Both the position numbers and the translations under genes were made by a program. Below, piece after piece: positions 1 to 9,174 of a stretch of DNA of 64,000 bases. How positions within the stretch are numbered: position 1 is the first letter of the stretch; each line of letters begins with the position of its first letter. This stretch comes from Elusimicrobiota bacterium (lineage in GTDB: Bacteria; Elusimicrobiota; Elusimicrobia; Elusimicrobiales; Elusimicrobiaceae), in NCBI GenBank assembly GCA_009778915.1, contig WRFH01000004.1:37390-101389 (forward strand). Reading direction: 5' to 3'. The notes beneath the pieces are model-generated. The model saw only the letters and a list, made by a program, of their open reading frames with translations. It made no database searches and was not told the origin of the DNA.

Positions 1-279
1 CGTATCAATTTTCACGTCGTAAGAAGTTTTATAAAAATTCTGCACGGCCTCTGCGAAACCCGGCGTCATGCCGTAACCGGGATAAAGATGCATACCTTTT
101 TGCTTAATCGCGCCGCACAGCGCGGCCAGCAGTTTTTCAGACGGCGGCACGTCCGGCGAACCTACAGCCAGGTTTAACACTTTGCGCCCGGTATGCTGTT
201 CAATCTTTTTTGCTTCGCGGTTGAGTTTAGCAAAAACATATTCGTCAAAATTATTCAATCTTTCGGAAAATTTTTTCAC
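1..279 (-). CDS. PLP-dependent aminotransferase class I/II, N-terminal part (runs off window); probable aromatic/prephenate aminotransferase
   Basis: Manual translation from GTG at 279: MKKFSERLNNFDEYVFAKLNREAKKIEQHTGRKVLNLAVGSPDVPP...; VLNLxxGxPD motif; overlaps the chorismate mutase stop (GTGA). Confidence 0.8.
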   Translation of the reverse strand, partial: MKKFSERLNNFDEYVFAKLNREAKKIEQHTGRKVLNLAVGSPDVPPSEKLLAALCGAIKQKGMHLYPGYGMTPGFAEAVQNFYKTSYDVKIDT

Positions 280-545
280 TTTATTTCCTCTTCAATTTTT
301 ACGGCGTAACGGTGTATAAGTTCATATAAATCCGCCGCAAAAGCGCGCTCAATTCCGGCGGAGTCCGCGCGGCGTTTAAATTTTTCTAAAACTTCTTTTT
401 TGCGTTTTTCGTCTAACGCGGACAGGTTGTTAGCTTTTTTGTAAAGCCCTATTTCTTTCACAAGACGCTGCCTCTGCGCCAAAATTTCCGTCAGGCGTTC
501 GTCCAAAGCGTCTATTTCCCGTCTAAGTTCTTCAATCCCGCGCAT
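276..545 (-). CDS. Chorismate mutase type II (AroQ-like, monofunctional)
   Basis: LRREIDALD...LAQRQRLVKEIGLYK...DEKR pattern; position in aro operon. Confidence 0.9.
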   Translation of the reverse strand: MRGIEELRREIDALDERLTEILAQRQRLVKEIGLYKKANNLSALDEKRKKEVLEKFKRRADSAGIERAFAADLYELIHRYAVKIEEEIK

Positions 546-1620
546 AGGCCCTCCATATTAAAAAGAGGTCCATAACCGTAATAGCGCAGACGGCGTCCAC
601 GACGGGCACCGCGCGGGCGGCCAGGCAAGGGTCATGCCTGCCTCCGGCGGTAAACTCAACTGGATTGCCTTGTTTATCCGTCGTGATTTGGGATTTAGAA
701 ATAGTGGCCGTCGGTTTGAACGCGGCGTTAAAATAAATAATTTCCCCGGTGCTGATTCCGCCAAGCACTCCGCCGTTTCTATTTTTCTCCGTCATGATTT
801 TTCCGTCTTTATTTATAAAAGCGTCGTTGTTCGCGGAGCCTCTGAGCCGCGCGGCTTCAAAACCGTTGCCGATTTCAAAACCTTTCGCCGCGTTTAAACC
901 CATGACCGCCGCGGCAAGCCTTGCGGAAAGTTTTCCAAACACCGGCTCGCCTATGCCGGCCGGCAGATTTTTTATAAACCCGCGTATGACGCAGCCGACG
1001 CTGTCCCCCTCTTTAACCGCCGCGGCTATTTCCGCTTCCATAAATTTTCCCTCGGCGTACGGGCAGCGCACCGGGCTTTGTTCTATCTGAGCGCGCATTA
1101 GCGTTTGCAGGGCGGAAACGTCGGCTTTTACGCTGACATTCCCTACGGCGGCGGTATGGCTTAAAAATTCTATGCCCGCTTTTTCTTTAAGATATTTCTG
1201 GGCCAGCGCTCCCGCCGCTACAAGCGGCGCGGTGGCGCGGGCGGAGGCGCGGCCGCCGCCTCTGTAATCGCGCACGCCGTATTTTTGCTCATAAGTAAAA
1301 TCCGCGTGCGAAGGGCGGTAAAGATTTTTTAAATTTTCATAATCTTTGGAATTTACGTTTTCATTATTTATAAGCAGCATGACGGGCGCGCCGGTGGTTT
1401 TACCTTCAAAAACGCCGGAGATTATTTTTACGGCGTCGCTTTCTTTCCTCGGCGTTGTAACTGGGCTCTGACCAGGGCGGCGGCGGTCTAGCTCCGTCTG
1501 AATATCGGCGTCAGTCACCGCAAAACCAGCGGGCATTCCGTCCACAACGCAGCCGACTGCTCCGCCGTGTGATTCGCCGAACGTGGTTACTTTAAAAATT
1601 TCTCCGGTAGTATTGCTCAT
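532..1620 (-). CDS. aroC: Chorismate synthase
   Basis: TTFGESHG, RPSHAD, RGGGRASARAT, GRHDPC motifs. Confidence 0.97.
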   Translation of the reverse strand: MSNTTGEIFKVTTFGESHGGAVGCVVDGMPAGFAVTDADIQTELDRRRPGQSPVTTPRKESDAVKIISGVFEGKTTGAPVMLLINNENVNSKDYENLKNLYRPSHADFTYEQKYGVRDYRGGGRASARATAPLVAAGALAQKYLKEKAGIEFLSHTAAVGNVSVKADVSALQTLMRAQIEQSPVRCPYAEGKFMEAEIAAAVKEGDSVGCVIRGFIKNLPAGIGEPVFGKLSARLAAAVMGLNAAKGFEIGNGFEAARLRGSANNDAFINKDGKIMTEKNRNGGVLGGISTGEIIYFNAAFKPTATISKSQITTDKQGNPVEFTAGGRHDPCLAARAVPVVDAVCAITVMDLFLIWRAYARD

Positions 1621-2288
1621 AATTTTACCTTCATGCTATTGTATATTTTTTCCAAATTTTTAACAGTGAACTGCCCCGGTGCCGTGGCTTTTCCAGATGG
1701 AGCATAAGCGGCAAAAGAACCTAGCAGCGGGAAGAAAACTCTTGTAAACGCCGCTTTTTCCCCCATCACCGTGACTATGATTTGACGGCCTTCCTTAATA
1801 GTATCAATTAAAAAGCACGTAACGGTGAGGATATCTTCCGTATTTTTTGCGAAAACAGCGATTTTAATTACCGCCGGCGCAAAAGCCAGCATCTCTTTTT
1901 TTATTTTGTTAAGTTCGTCCGGAGAAGGCGTTTTTTTGAAATTGTGGTATGACAAAATTAGTTTTTTCTTTTCCCCCGCCGTAAAAGACATTTTTTTTGC
2001 GGCCGCCAGTTCAACGTCCACATAAGAAAAATTTTGTCTTAGCGCGTATGAGAGCATAAGAAGCCTTTTTTGTTCGCTTCCTTTAAACGCTCCTCCTTCG
2101 GCTTTTGTTCTCAAAGTAAAAATACTTTTATTCTTTTTTGCGGCCGCGGCCAGCGCGTTTATTTGCGCGCAGTCTGAAATTTGCGCGTAATCGGCCCGTA
2201 TTTCTATGCTGCCTTTTTGCTTTTTCACTTCGGAAAGCAGCGTTTTGAAATTCGTCCGGCGGATAACTTTGTATATTTTCCTTGTCAT
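1617..2288 (-). CDS. aroD: Type I 3-dehydroquinate dehydratase
   Basis: EIRAD, FTLRTKAEGG, YVDVEL, SYHNF, KIA, APGQ motifs. Confidence 0.9.
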   Translation of the reverse strand: MTRKIYKVIRRTNFKTLLSEVKKQKGSIEIRADYAQISDCAQINALAAAAKKNKSIFTLRTKAEGGAFKGSEQKRLLMLSYALRQNFSYVDVELAAAKKMSFTAGEKKKLILSYHNFKKTPSPDELNKIKKEMLAFAPAVIKIAVFAKNTEDILTVTCFLIDTIKEGRQIIVTVMGEKAAFTRVFFPLLGSFAAYAPSGKATAPGQFTVKNLEKIYNSMKVKL

Positions 2289-3565
2289 AAAACCTCTTTA
2301 ATAGCTTTCTCCGGCGCGGGCAGGCCTGTGAATATTTTGAACTGCTCCAGCGCCTGGCCGAGAAGCATTTTTTCGCCGGTGATAACCGTCAGACACTTTA
2401 GAGTTGCCAGGGCCGCCAGCGGCGTCGGGTTTGGTTTATAAATCATTTCAAGCAGAGTCTGCCCGGCTTTCAGATATTCCGCGCCCGGCGGTCTGCTTAC
2501 GCCGTCCATGCCGGCGGACGTCGCGTTTATTATAATGTCCGCGCGTGAAATAAGTTTTAAATTTTTATCGTCCAAAACTTCCGCGCCGAAAATTTTTGCC
2601 GCCTCACGCGCGTGCCGCAAAGTGCGGTTGTACAAATAAATTTGCCGCGCGTCTTTAAGCGCGTATAACGCCGCCCGCGCCGCGCCGCCCGCGCCCAGCA
2701 CGACGGCGGTTTTGCCTTTTACATTGCCGAGCGCGTAAAGTACGCCTTGATAATCTGTATTATAACCTGTCAGAAAACCGTTTTTATTCACGACGGTGTT
2801 TACGGCGTTTATTTTTCGCGCGGCAGGCTCAAGCGCGTCAAGATATTTTATTATTTCCGTTTTTAACGGCATTGTCACGCTGAGGCCGTTGTATTCTTTT
2901 CTTGTGTGCCGCATAAAATCCCGCAGTTCCGTCACGGTTACTTCTTTATATCCGAAAGAAAAAATTTTTTCCACGCCCAGCGCTTTATATCCCGCTTTAT
3001 GCAGCCGCGGCGAAAGCGAGTGGGCGACGGGACTTCCTATCACTACATTTTTTTTCTTTGCCGCGCCGGCCAGCGTTTTGATAATTGCCTGCACAGTTCC
3101 GCCGATATCCAGTTTCCCCCTGTGAATAATATGGTCGGCGTATCCTTTATATATATGCTGCCGCGCGTTGTAAAGAGCCCGCGCGGAAACATGATTTTTG
3201 AACAGCGGGCGCGTAGTGAAATTTTTTATGCGCGTTTTTAAAATTTCAAACGGCGCGTCGAGAAAAAAACATACGCCGCCGCCCTTCTTTAACGCTTCCA
3301 GCGCGCCGGGCGCGTTTATCATGCCGCCGCCGCTGGCTATCACTGCGTCCGCCCCGCCGTCGGCCAGCGCGCGCGCGGCGTTAAATTCCAGTTTTCTGAA
3401 GTATTTTTCTCCTTTTTTTTCAAAAATTTCGCGGACGGATTTGAAAGAAGTTTTGTCCAAAATATATTGGTCCGTGTCGATAAATTTTAACTCCAGCCTT
3501 TCGGCCAGCGCGCGGCCGACGCTTGTTTTGCCCGCGCCCATGAAGCCAGTCAGAATTATTTTCAT
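2285..3565 (-). CDS. Bifunctional shikimate kinase / shikimate dehydrogenase (AroK-AroE fusion)
   Basis: N-term GFMGAGKT P-loop, DTD, GGG, RPL; C-term GSPVAHSLSP, VTMPLK, AVNT, NTD, GAGGAAR, NATSAGM. Confidence 0.93.
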   Translation of the reverse strand: MKIILTGFMGAGKTSVGRALAERLELKFIDTDQYILDKTSFKSVREIFEKKGEKYFRKLEFNAARALADGGADAVIASGGGMINAPGALEALKKGGGVCFFLDAPFEILKTRIKNFTTRPLFKNHVSARALYNARQHIYKGYADHIIHRGKLDIGGTVQAIIKTLAGAAKKKNVVIGSPVAHSLSPRLHKAGYKALGVEKIFSFGYKEVTVTELRDFMRHTRKEYNGLSVTMPLKTEIIKYLDALEPAARKINAVNTVVNKNGFLTGYNTDYQGVLYALGNVKGKTAVVLGAGGAARAALYALKDARQIYLYNRTLRHAREAAKIFGAEVLDDKNLKLISRADIIINATSAGMDGVSRPPGAEYLKAGQTLLEMIYKPNPTPLAALATLKCLTVITGEKMLLGQALEQFKIFTGLPAPEKAIKEVL

Positions 3566-4818
3566 AGGCGGAACCCCGCATGTTTCAGCTTAATCCAAAA
3601 ATCAGGGAATGACTTTTTTACAACGGACGGGGTTAAAATTTCTATTTTCCCCAAAACCGCCGCCGCGGGCGCGAAAGACATTGCCATGCGGTGGTCGTTG
3701 TACGTTTTTATTTTGGCGGTTTGCGGCGCGGCCGCTCCGTAAATTTCTATAAAATCTTTGCCGGATTTTGTCTTTACGTGCATTTTAGCAAGCTCAGCGC
3801 AAAGGGCTTTAATGCGGTCTGTTTCTTTTATTCTCAAAGTGGACAGGCCGGTGATTTTACTTTTGCCGCGCGCGAAAGCGCAGAGCACGGCAAGCGTCTG
3901 CGCCGTGTCAGGCATAAGCGTCATATCGGCGTTAACCGCTTTTAACTGGCAGTTGTTTGAAACTTCTATATAATCTTTTCCTTTGACGACTTTTGCGCCC
4001 ATTTTTGCCAAAATATCGGCAAATTCCACGTCGCCCTGCAAAGAATACGGATTTAAATTAACACGCACTTTACCGCCGGGATTTAACGCGCCGCAGGCCA
4101 GAAAATAGGACGCGCCGGACGCGTCAGGCTCACATTTATACTTCGCACTTTTATACGGACCTTTGACGGTTATTTTTCTGTAGTTTTTATTCTCTATTTT
4201 TGCTCCGAACCGCCGCATGACGTCTAGCGTCATGTCTATGTAAGACGCTGATACCAGATGTCCTTTTATATTTACTTCAAGGCCGTTTTTAAGCGCGGGC
4301 CCCAGCATAAGCAGCGCGGAAATAAACTGGCTGCTTATGTTGCCGCCAATTGTCGTGCGGCCGCCTAGCAAAACCCCCTTTCTTATTTTTAACGGCGGGA
4401 AGCCGGCCTCTTTCAAATATTTTATGTTTGCACTCAGGGAATTCAGTGCGGAAACTAATTCTCCGATTGGGCGTTTTTGCATGCGCGCGGAGCCTGTTAA
4501 AATTATTTCTTTTTCCGTTAACGCGCAAAACGCCGTCAGGAAACGAAACGCGGTACCGGCGTCTTTGGCGTCAATCCGGACATTTTTATTTAGTTTTTTC
4601 CCGCCTGAAATTCTTATTTTTTTGCCGCCGGTTATTTTTACGCCGAGTTTTTTAAGCGCATTTATCAGTATTTTTGAGTCCGCGCTTAAAGACGCGTTTT
4701 CTATAACGCTGCGTCCATCGGCGAGGGACGCTGTCAGAAGCGCGCGGTTCGTCAGACTTTTGGAGCCGCCTAAAACGATTTTCGCGTTAAGCGGTTTTAA
4801 CGGTTTTTTGATTATCAT
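3562..4818 (-). CDS. aroA: EPSP synthase
   Basis: GSKSLTNRAL, AGTAFRF, RPIGELV, SSQFISA, LRIKETDR, DHRMAMS; start set at MIIKK (4818), overlapping the aroB stop. Confidence 0.96.
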   Translation of the reverse strand: MIIKKPLKPLNAKIVLGGSKSLTNRALLTASLADGRSVIENASLSADSKILINALKKLGVKITGGKKIRISGGKKLNKNVRIDAKDAGTAFRFLTAFCALTEKEIILTGSARMQKRPIGELVSALNSLSANIKYLKEAGFPPLKIRKGVLLGGRTTIGGNISSQFISALLMLGPALKNGLEVNIKGHLVSASYIDMTLDVMRRFGAKIENKNYRKITVKGPYKSAKYKCEPDASGASYFLACGALNPGGKVRVNLNPYSLQGDVEFADILAKMGAKVVKGKDYIEVSNNCQLKAVNADMTLMPDTAQTLAVLCAFARGKSKITGLSTLRIKETDRIKALCAELAKMHVKTKSGKDFIEIYGAAAPQTAKIKTYNDHRMAMSFAPAAAVLGKIEILTPSVVKKSFPDFWIKLKHAGFRL

Positions 4819-5852
4819 AAAATTTCGTCTATCGCTTTTGAAATATTTTGCGCGGCGCATTCAATATCGTAAACCGCGCCTCCTATGGAATTAAGAAGCG
4901 TCCATTTTATTTTTTTGCCGTCGTTCTTTTTGTCTTTTAAAATCATTTTTAAAATGTCTTTTTTTTGTATGTTTTTGCATTTCAGCGCAAAACCGCGTTT
5001 GGTTAAAACGGCTCGGATATGTTCAAACTCGTTTGCTTTTAAACTGCCGTTGAGGACGCTGAGTTTGCTTTCCGCGATTATTCCCAGCGCGACGGCCTCG
5101 CCGTGCAGCAGCGGATTTTTTGTTTTAAAAGAAAGAGTTTCAACCGCGTGGCCGACGGTGTGGCCGAAGTTAAGCGTTTTACGCGGGCCTTTTTCACGTT
5201 CGTCAATTTTGACAAATTGCGCCTTTATTTGACAGGATTTATAAATTAGATTTATCATGTCCATAGAGCCGGCGCGTTCAAAATATTTTTTATCTTTTAT
5301 AAGACCGTGTTTTAAAATTTCCGCCCAGCCCGCGCGCAATTGCCGGCGGGGAAGCGTTTTAAGAGTGTTAACGTCAATAAGCACCAGCGACGGGCGGATA
5401 AATGCGCCGATTATATTTTTTGCGCCGTCAAGGTCAACTGCGGTTTTGCCGCCGACGCTTGCGTCTACTTGGGACAACAGCGTTGTGGGGATTTGTATAA
5501 AATCCATGCCCCTCATATAAACGCCGGCGGCAAAGCCTCCCATATCTCCTACAACGCCGCCGCCGAAATTGACCAGCGCGCTCTTTCTGTCCGCGCCGTG
5601 TTTGAAAAGCGTTTTCCAAATATATTCCAGCGTCTTCAGGTTTTTATATTTTTCCCCCGGCGGGATTACTATAAAACGCGCGCGCGGCAAAATATTTTTA
5701 AGCTTGGCGGAATAAAGTTTATAAAGTGTTTTGTCCGTCAGAATAAAGACGGAAGAATAATTTTTCCCTACGCAAAAATTTTTCAGGCGGCCAAAAATCC
5801 CCGCGCTGATAATTATTTCGTAAGAATTTATTTTTAGTGTTTTAACGTTCAT
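4815..5852 (-). CDS. aroB: 3-dehydroquinate synthase
   Basis: GEKYK, GGGVVGDMGGF, PTTLLSQVDASVGGKT, LNFGHTVGHAVE, HGEAVA. Confidence 0.97.
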   Translation of the reverse strand: MNVKTLKINSYEIIISAGIFGRLKNFCVGKNYSSVFILTDKTLYKLYSAKLKNILPRARFIVIPPGEKYKNLKTLEYIWKTLFKHGADRKSALVNFGGGVVGDMGGFAAGVYMRGMDFIQIPTTLLSQVDASVGGKTAVDLDGAKNIIGAFIRPSLVLIDVNTLKTLPRRQLRAGWAEILKHGLIKDKKYFERAGSMDMINLIYKSCQIKAQFVKIDEREKGPRKTLNFGHTVGHAVETLSFKTKNPLLHGEAVALGIIAESKLSVLNGSLKANEFEHIRAVLTKRGFALKCKNIQKKDILKMILKDKKNDGKKIKWTLLNSIGGAVYDIECAAQNISKAIDEIL

Positions 5853-5853
5853 A

Positions 5854-6813
5854 TTAATGTCCGATAAGAGGGCGCGTTTCCGCTATTTTTTGGGCGATAT
5901 AACGCAGCTCCTCAATAGTAATATGCTGGTCTGTATCCGTCTGAGAAGTGCCAACTTCTATCAAAATGCCGTCGTAGAGAAAAGAAGCGTCATCCGCGCG
6001 CATGAGCAGCGCGTCGATAGAGCCCTGCACAATCTGGTCCCGCATTTTGGGGCCGAAAGAGTGGCTGGGATCAAAAAACATTTTCGCGCCGGTATTTTTT
6101 TTCATGCGTTTTGCAAGATTATGCAGCGGCAGATTTCTGTAAGAACCTTTGCTTTCTATGTCAAAGCCGCGGTGTATGTATATGATATCTTCCGTCTTGA
6201 GACGCGTATATTTTGCAAGCCCTTCCCACGCTTTTTCTATATCGGTGCGTTCGGTGCGGGACGGAGAATCCGCTTCGCTGATTTTGCAGTCAAGCCATTT
6301 GCCGTTTTTCAGCGCGATTTTCCATTTATGCTTCTGCGCGTACTGGCCCATTTCAAAAGCCTGCCAGCCCAGCTGGTTGACCGACGGGTTCCAGATTATC
6401 AGTTTGCCGTCGGCGACTCTTTTTTCATAAAGCGGGAGCTGGACGAGCGGGGACATTATTTCGCTGGCCACGAGCATGCCGGTTTTTTTGGAAATTTCCG
6501 CCGCTATTTCGACACTGGGCGGACATTTAAATTTTTTGGAGCGGCGGGTTTTCATCAGCAGGTCAAAGTTTTGTTTGAAAAATTCATAGTCAATGCCCAT
6601 GCTTTCTTTTTCGTCTTTAAGCGTGGTGCGCGATTTGAGGCCCACCACGCGCACTCCGGCTATGGCGCGCTGCGTCTGACCGTCCGCGTTTTTTACTTCT
6701 ATGTCCGCTATTTCAAAAAGCTGCGGCGCGTTGTTCTCGTCGATAGAACACGGGCCGGCTATTATAGTTACTGCGTTTTTGTCGTCTTTCATATTATCCC
6801 TTTGCGCGTGCAT
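5854..6813 (-). CDS. DAHP synthase family I (divergent); start may be MKDDK at 6792
   Basis: IAGPCS, KSRT, LKNG, IHRG, FDPSH, DGILIEV, TDTDQ motifs; first gene of aro operon. Confidence 0.8.
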   Translation of the reverse strand: MHAQRDNMKDDKNAVTIIAGPCSIDENNAPQLFEIADIEVKNADGQTQRAIAGVRVVGLKSRTTLKDEKESMGIDYEFFKQNFDLLMKTRRSKKFKCPPSVEIAAEISKKTGMLVASEIMSPLVQLPLYEKRVADGKLIIWNPSVNQLGWQAFEMGQYAQKHKWKIALKNGKWLDCKISEADSPSRTERTDIEKAWEGLAKYTRLKTEDIIYIHRGFDIESKGSYRNLPLHNLAKRMKKNTGAKMFFDPSHSFGPKMRDQIVQGSIDALLMRADDASFLYDGILIEVGTSQTDTDQHITIEELRYIAQKIAETRPLIGH

Positions 6814-6844
6814 AAAAAAACTCCCGGTTTTGCGTCACCGGGAG
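6814..6844 (-). terminator. Attenuator terminator (3:4 hairpin) of aro operon leader
   Basis: Minus strand CTCCCGGT-gacgcaaa-ACCGGGAG followed by T7. Confidence 0.9.
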
Positions 6845-6868
6845 AGTTTTCCAAATTTTTAAAATAAG

Positions 6869-6946
6869 TTACAGCCCCGATGACGTTGACGGCGGGAAGT
6901 AAAAGTTAAAGTAAAAATAAAATTTCGGGCTGTGTAACTTATTCAT
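6869..6946 (-). CDS. Attenuator leader peptide MNKLHSPKFYFYFNFYFPPSTSSGL (25 aa; 5 Phe, 3 Tyr)
   Basis: Manual translation; F/Y codon run upstream of mutually exclusive hairpins. Confidence 0.9.
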   Translation of the reverse strand: MNKLHSPKFYFYFNFYFPPSTSSGL

Positions 6947-6953
6947 ATTAATA

Positions 6954-6982
6954 ATATTATATTTTAAATTCAGATAAGTCAA
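6954..6982 (-). promoter_or_regulatory. sigma70-type promoter of aro leader
   Basis: TTGACT-17 bp-TAATAT, 7 nt before the leader ATG. Confidence 0.7.
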
Positions 6983-7111
6983 TAGAAAAACATTGGCTGC
7001 CTAGGGCTGACGGTCAAGCAAACTCTCTGTTATGTTGTGAGTAGAGCGCATATTTTGTAAAATATTAAAATAAACAGGCATAATAAGCAAAGCATAAGGA
7101 TAGAGATTTCC

Positions 7112-7186
7112 GCGCCTATAGCTCAATGGATAGAGCACCAGCCTGCGGAGCTGGGGATACAAGTTCGATTCCTGTTAGGCGCACCA
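7112..7186 (+). tRNA. tRNA-Arg(GCG)
   Basis: Acceptor GCGCCTA/TAGGCGC, D arm GCTC/GAGC, anticodon stem CCAGC/GCTGG with loop CTGCGGA, TTCGATT loop, encoded CCA. Confidence 0.95.
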
Positions 7187-7190
7187 TTTG
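7180..7190 (+). repeat. attL core
   Basis: CGCACCATTTG overlapping the tRNA 3' end. Confidence 0.8.
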
Positions 7191-7192
7191 GC

Positions 7193-7221
7193 AACGGCAT
7201 CTTATAAAAGATGCCGTTTTT
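7193..7221 (+). terminator. Intrinsic terminator after tRNA-Arg
   Basis: AACGGCATCTT-ataa-AAGATGCCGTT then T-run. Confidence 0.75.
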
Positions 7222-7397
7222 GTATGGGTTGTGAATTTTGTCGTCGTGGGTTTTTGAAGGTTTGCCGAGTGAGCGTCTTGTATAGCCTATTATATGTCTA
7301 AAATATTGGCTTTTTAAGGCCAAACTATACCCATGCCTATTTTCAGGTATCCCAACAAGTGTATAGTTTTCTAATACTAAACTATGCACTAACGCGA

Positions 7398-9071
7398 CTA
7401 TTCGTATTTGTAGCCCCATTTTTGTTCCTGTTCTTTGAAGTTTAGGTGGGTATAGGCCAAAGTTTTTAAATCTTTCAGACGGAGGTTTTTAGGATTTTTA
7501 TTATTGAAGATATCACTAACAATATTCGGAGACAGGTAGGTCAAATTTATATATCGGTCTATTGTCCTGTAGTTTTGTCCGACTTCTTTTTCAATATCAC
7601 GTAAAGTTTTCCCTTGCTCCAACATACGCATAAACTTCCATCCCAAGGCCAAGCCGCGCACCAAGCCCTCATTCATTTGCGTTACTGTTAATACGTTTTT
7701 AAGAGGACCTTGAGCCAGACTTGTTTTAGTCATATTATCTATAACAAATTCTGTTTTAATAATTAGTTCTGTCCCATCAGAGCTTAGCGAGATATTATTG
7801 TCTATCGGTAAGTTTTTTTCGTTAAATCCGCTGTCATCATAATGCGTCTTGATGAATTTTGTAAATTCTTCAATACTTAAATATATCACAAGTTCTGAGA
7901 TATTTTCTCTTTTAATATAAATGCCTTTATTCAAGAATACTTTTATATGTTCTTGCTTTAGTGTCGGTATTTTCTTTAAAAATATTTTGATATCTTGCCC
8001 AAAACAATTCCAGCTGCTGAAATCAAAGTCTAAAATTTTACTAATGGCTTTGACGGCAAAATTGTCTATCTGCTCCACAGGCAAGTACGTGCCACCGCCT
8101 TTTGTGTAATAGTAGTTAAACCTGCGTCCGGCTTTTTTACTATTAGTAAAACCAAATGGCTGGTTTTCTATTGTATATAACTTGCTATGAAAAAGCCCCA
8201 GAGAATATAGATATCTTTTGCGCTGTTCATTTTTATCATATCTGCGCCCAAGCTGGGTTTGTACCGCTTCAAATGTTTCTTTATCAATAATAGCCTCGTG
8301 CTGGCCTGGATAGGCTTTTTTCAGCCGCAGGTGTTCCATCATACCTATGTATACTTTGCGCGTTAACAGCCAATGCAGACGGGCAATATTAAAGTCTTTT
8401 CCCCCCTTCATGTCCCCGTTCCTCTTTTTCCATGCTTTCCTTTTTATGCCTTGAGTACGCACACATTCAATAACACCTCGCAAAGTCCCAAATTCTAAAT
8501 ATTTCGCAAACAAAGCCTTCACGATTTCGGCCTCGGCGGGATTGACTACTAATTTTTTATCAATCACATCATAGCCGAGCGGCGGCATGCCACCCGCCCA
8601 CATCCCTTTAGCCTTTGTCGCAGCTAGTTTATCACGGACACGCTCGCTTGAAACCTCTCTTTCAAACTGTGCGAAAGATAGCAGCATATTAAGCGTCAAC
8701 TTGCCCATAGAATTACTAGTATCAAAGGCTTGTGTGATAGACACAAAGTCGCAGCCATATTTCTTAAACTCTTGCATCATGTTATGAAAGTCCATGATGG
8801 AACGCGAAAGCCTGTCCACCTTATAAACGACCACAATATTTACAAACCCTGCTTTTATATCCTTTAGCATCTCTTGGAGCCCGGGCCGATCCATAGTGCC
8901 GCCGCTTATCCCGCCATCTTCATAAGTTTTAAAATATTCCCAAGCATTAAAAGTTTGGCTGGCAATATAAGATTTACAAGCATCCTCTTGGTTATTAAGA
9001 GAGTTATATTGCAGCTCCAGCCCTTTCTCGGTTGATTTTCTCACATATACCGCACAATTTATTTTTTTCAT
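7398..9071 (-). CDS. Large serine recombinase (resolvase + recombinase domains)
   Basis: CAVYVRKST catalytic Ser, DRPGLQ, VYKVDRLSRS, LLSFAQFERE, GGMPPLGY, HEAII. Confidence 0.95.
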   Translation of the reverse strand: MKKINCAVYVRKSTEKGLELQYNSLNNQEDACKSYIASQTFNAWEYFKTYEDGGISGGTMDRPGLQEMLKDIKAGFVNIVVVYKVDRLSRSIMDFHNMMQEFKKYGCDFVSITQAFDTSNSMGKLTLNMLLSFAQFEREVSSERVRDKLAATKAKGMWAGGMPPLGYDVIDKKLVVNPAEAEIVKALFAKYLEFGTLRGVIECVRTQGIKRKAWKKRNGDMKGGKDFNIARLHWLLTRKVYIGMMEHLRLKKAYPGQHEAIIDKETFEAVQTQLGRRYDKNEQRKRYLYSLGLFHSKLYTIENQPFGFTNSKKAGRRFNYYYTKGGGTYLPVEQIDNFAVKAISKILDFDFSSWNCFGQDIKIFLKKIPTLKQEHIKVFLNKGIYIKRENISELVIYLSIEEFTKFIKTHYDDSGFNEKNLPIDNNISLSSDGTELIIKTEFVIDNMTKTSLAQGPLKNVLTVTQMNEGLVRGLALGWKFMRMLEQGKTLRDIEKEVGQNYRTIDRYINLTYLSPNIVSDIFNNKNPKNLRLKDLKTLAYTHLNFKEQEQKWGYKYE

Positions 9072-9103
9072 AATAGTCCTTATTTACTATAATACCCCTA
9101 TAC

Positions 9104-9135
9104 ACATTACCGCTTACTAAGCGGAGGAAGTCAAG
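9104..9135 (-). promoter_or_regulatory. Element-specific repeated upstream motif, copy 1 (CTTGACTT-N9/10-AGTAAGCGGTAATGT)
   Basis: Same motif at 11772-11804, 16726-16758 and degenerate at 22801-22832; each precedes a minus-strand gene of the element. Confidence 0.75.
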
Positions 9136-9174
9136 CTAATATTTTTTATAAATTAAAATGTGAGGGAAACGTAA

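Noticed and set aside
5857-6867. 336-aa plus-strand ORF
   Set aside because: Antisense shadow of the DAHP synthase; no motifs.
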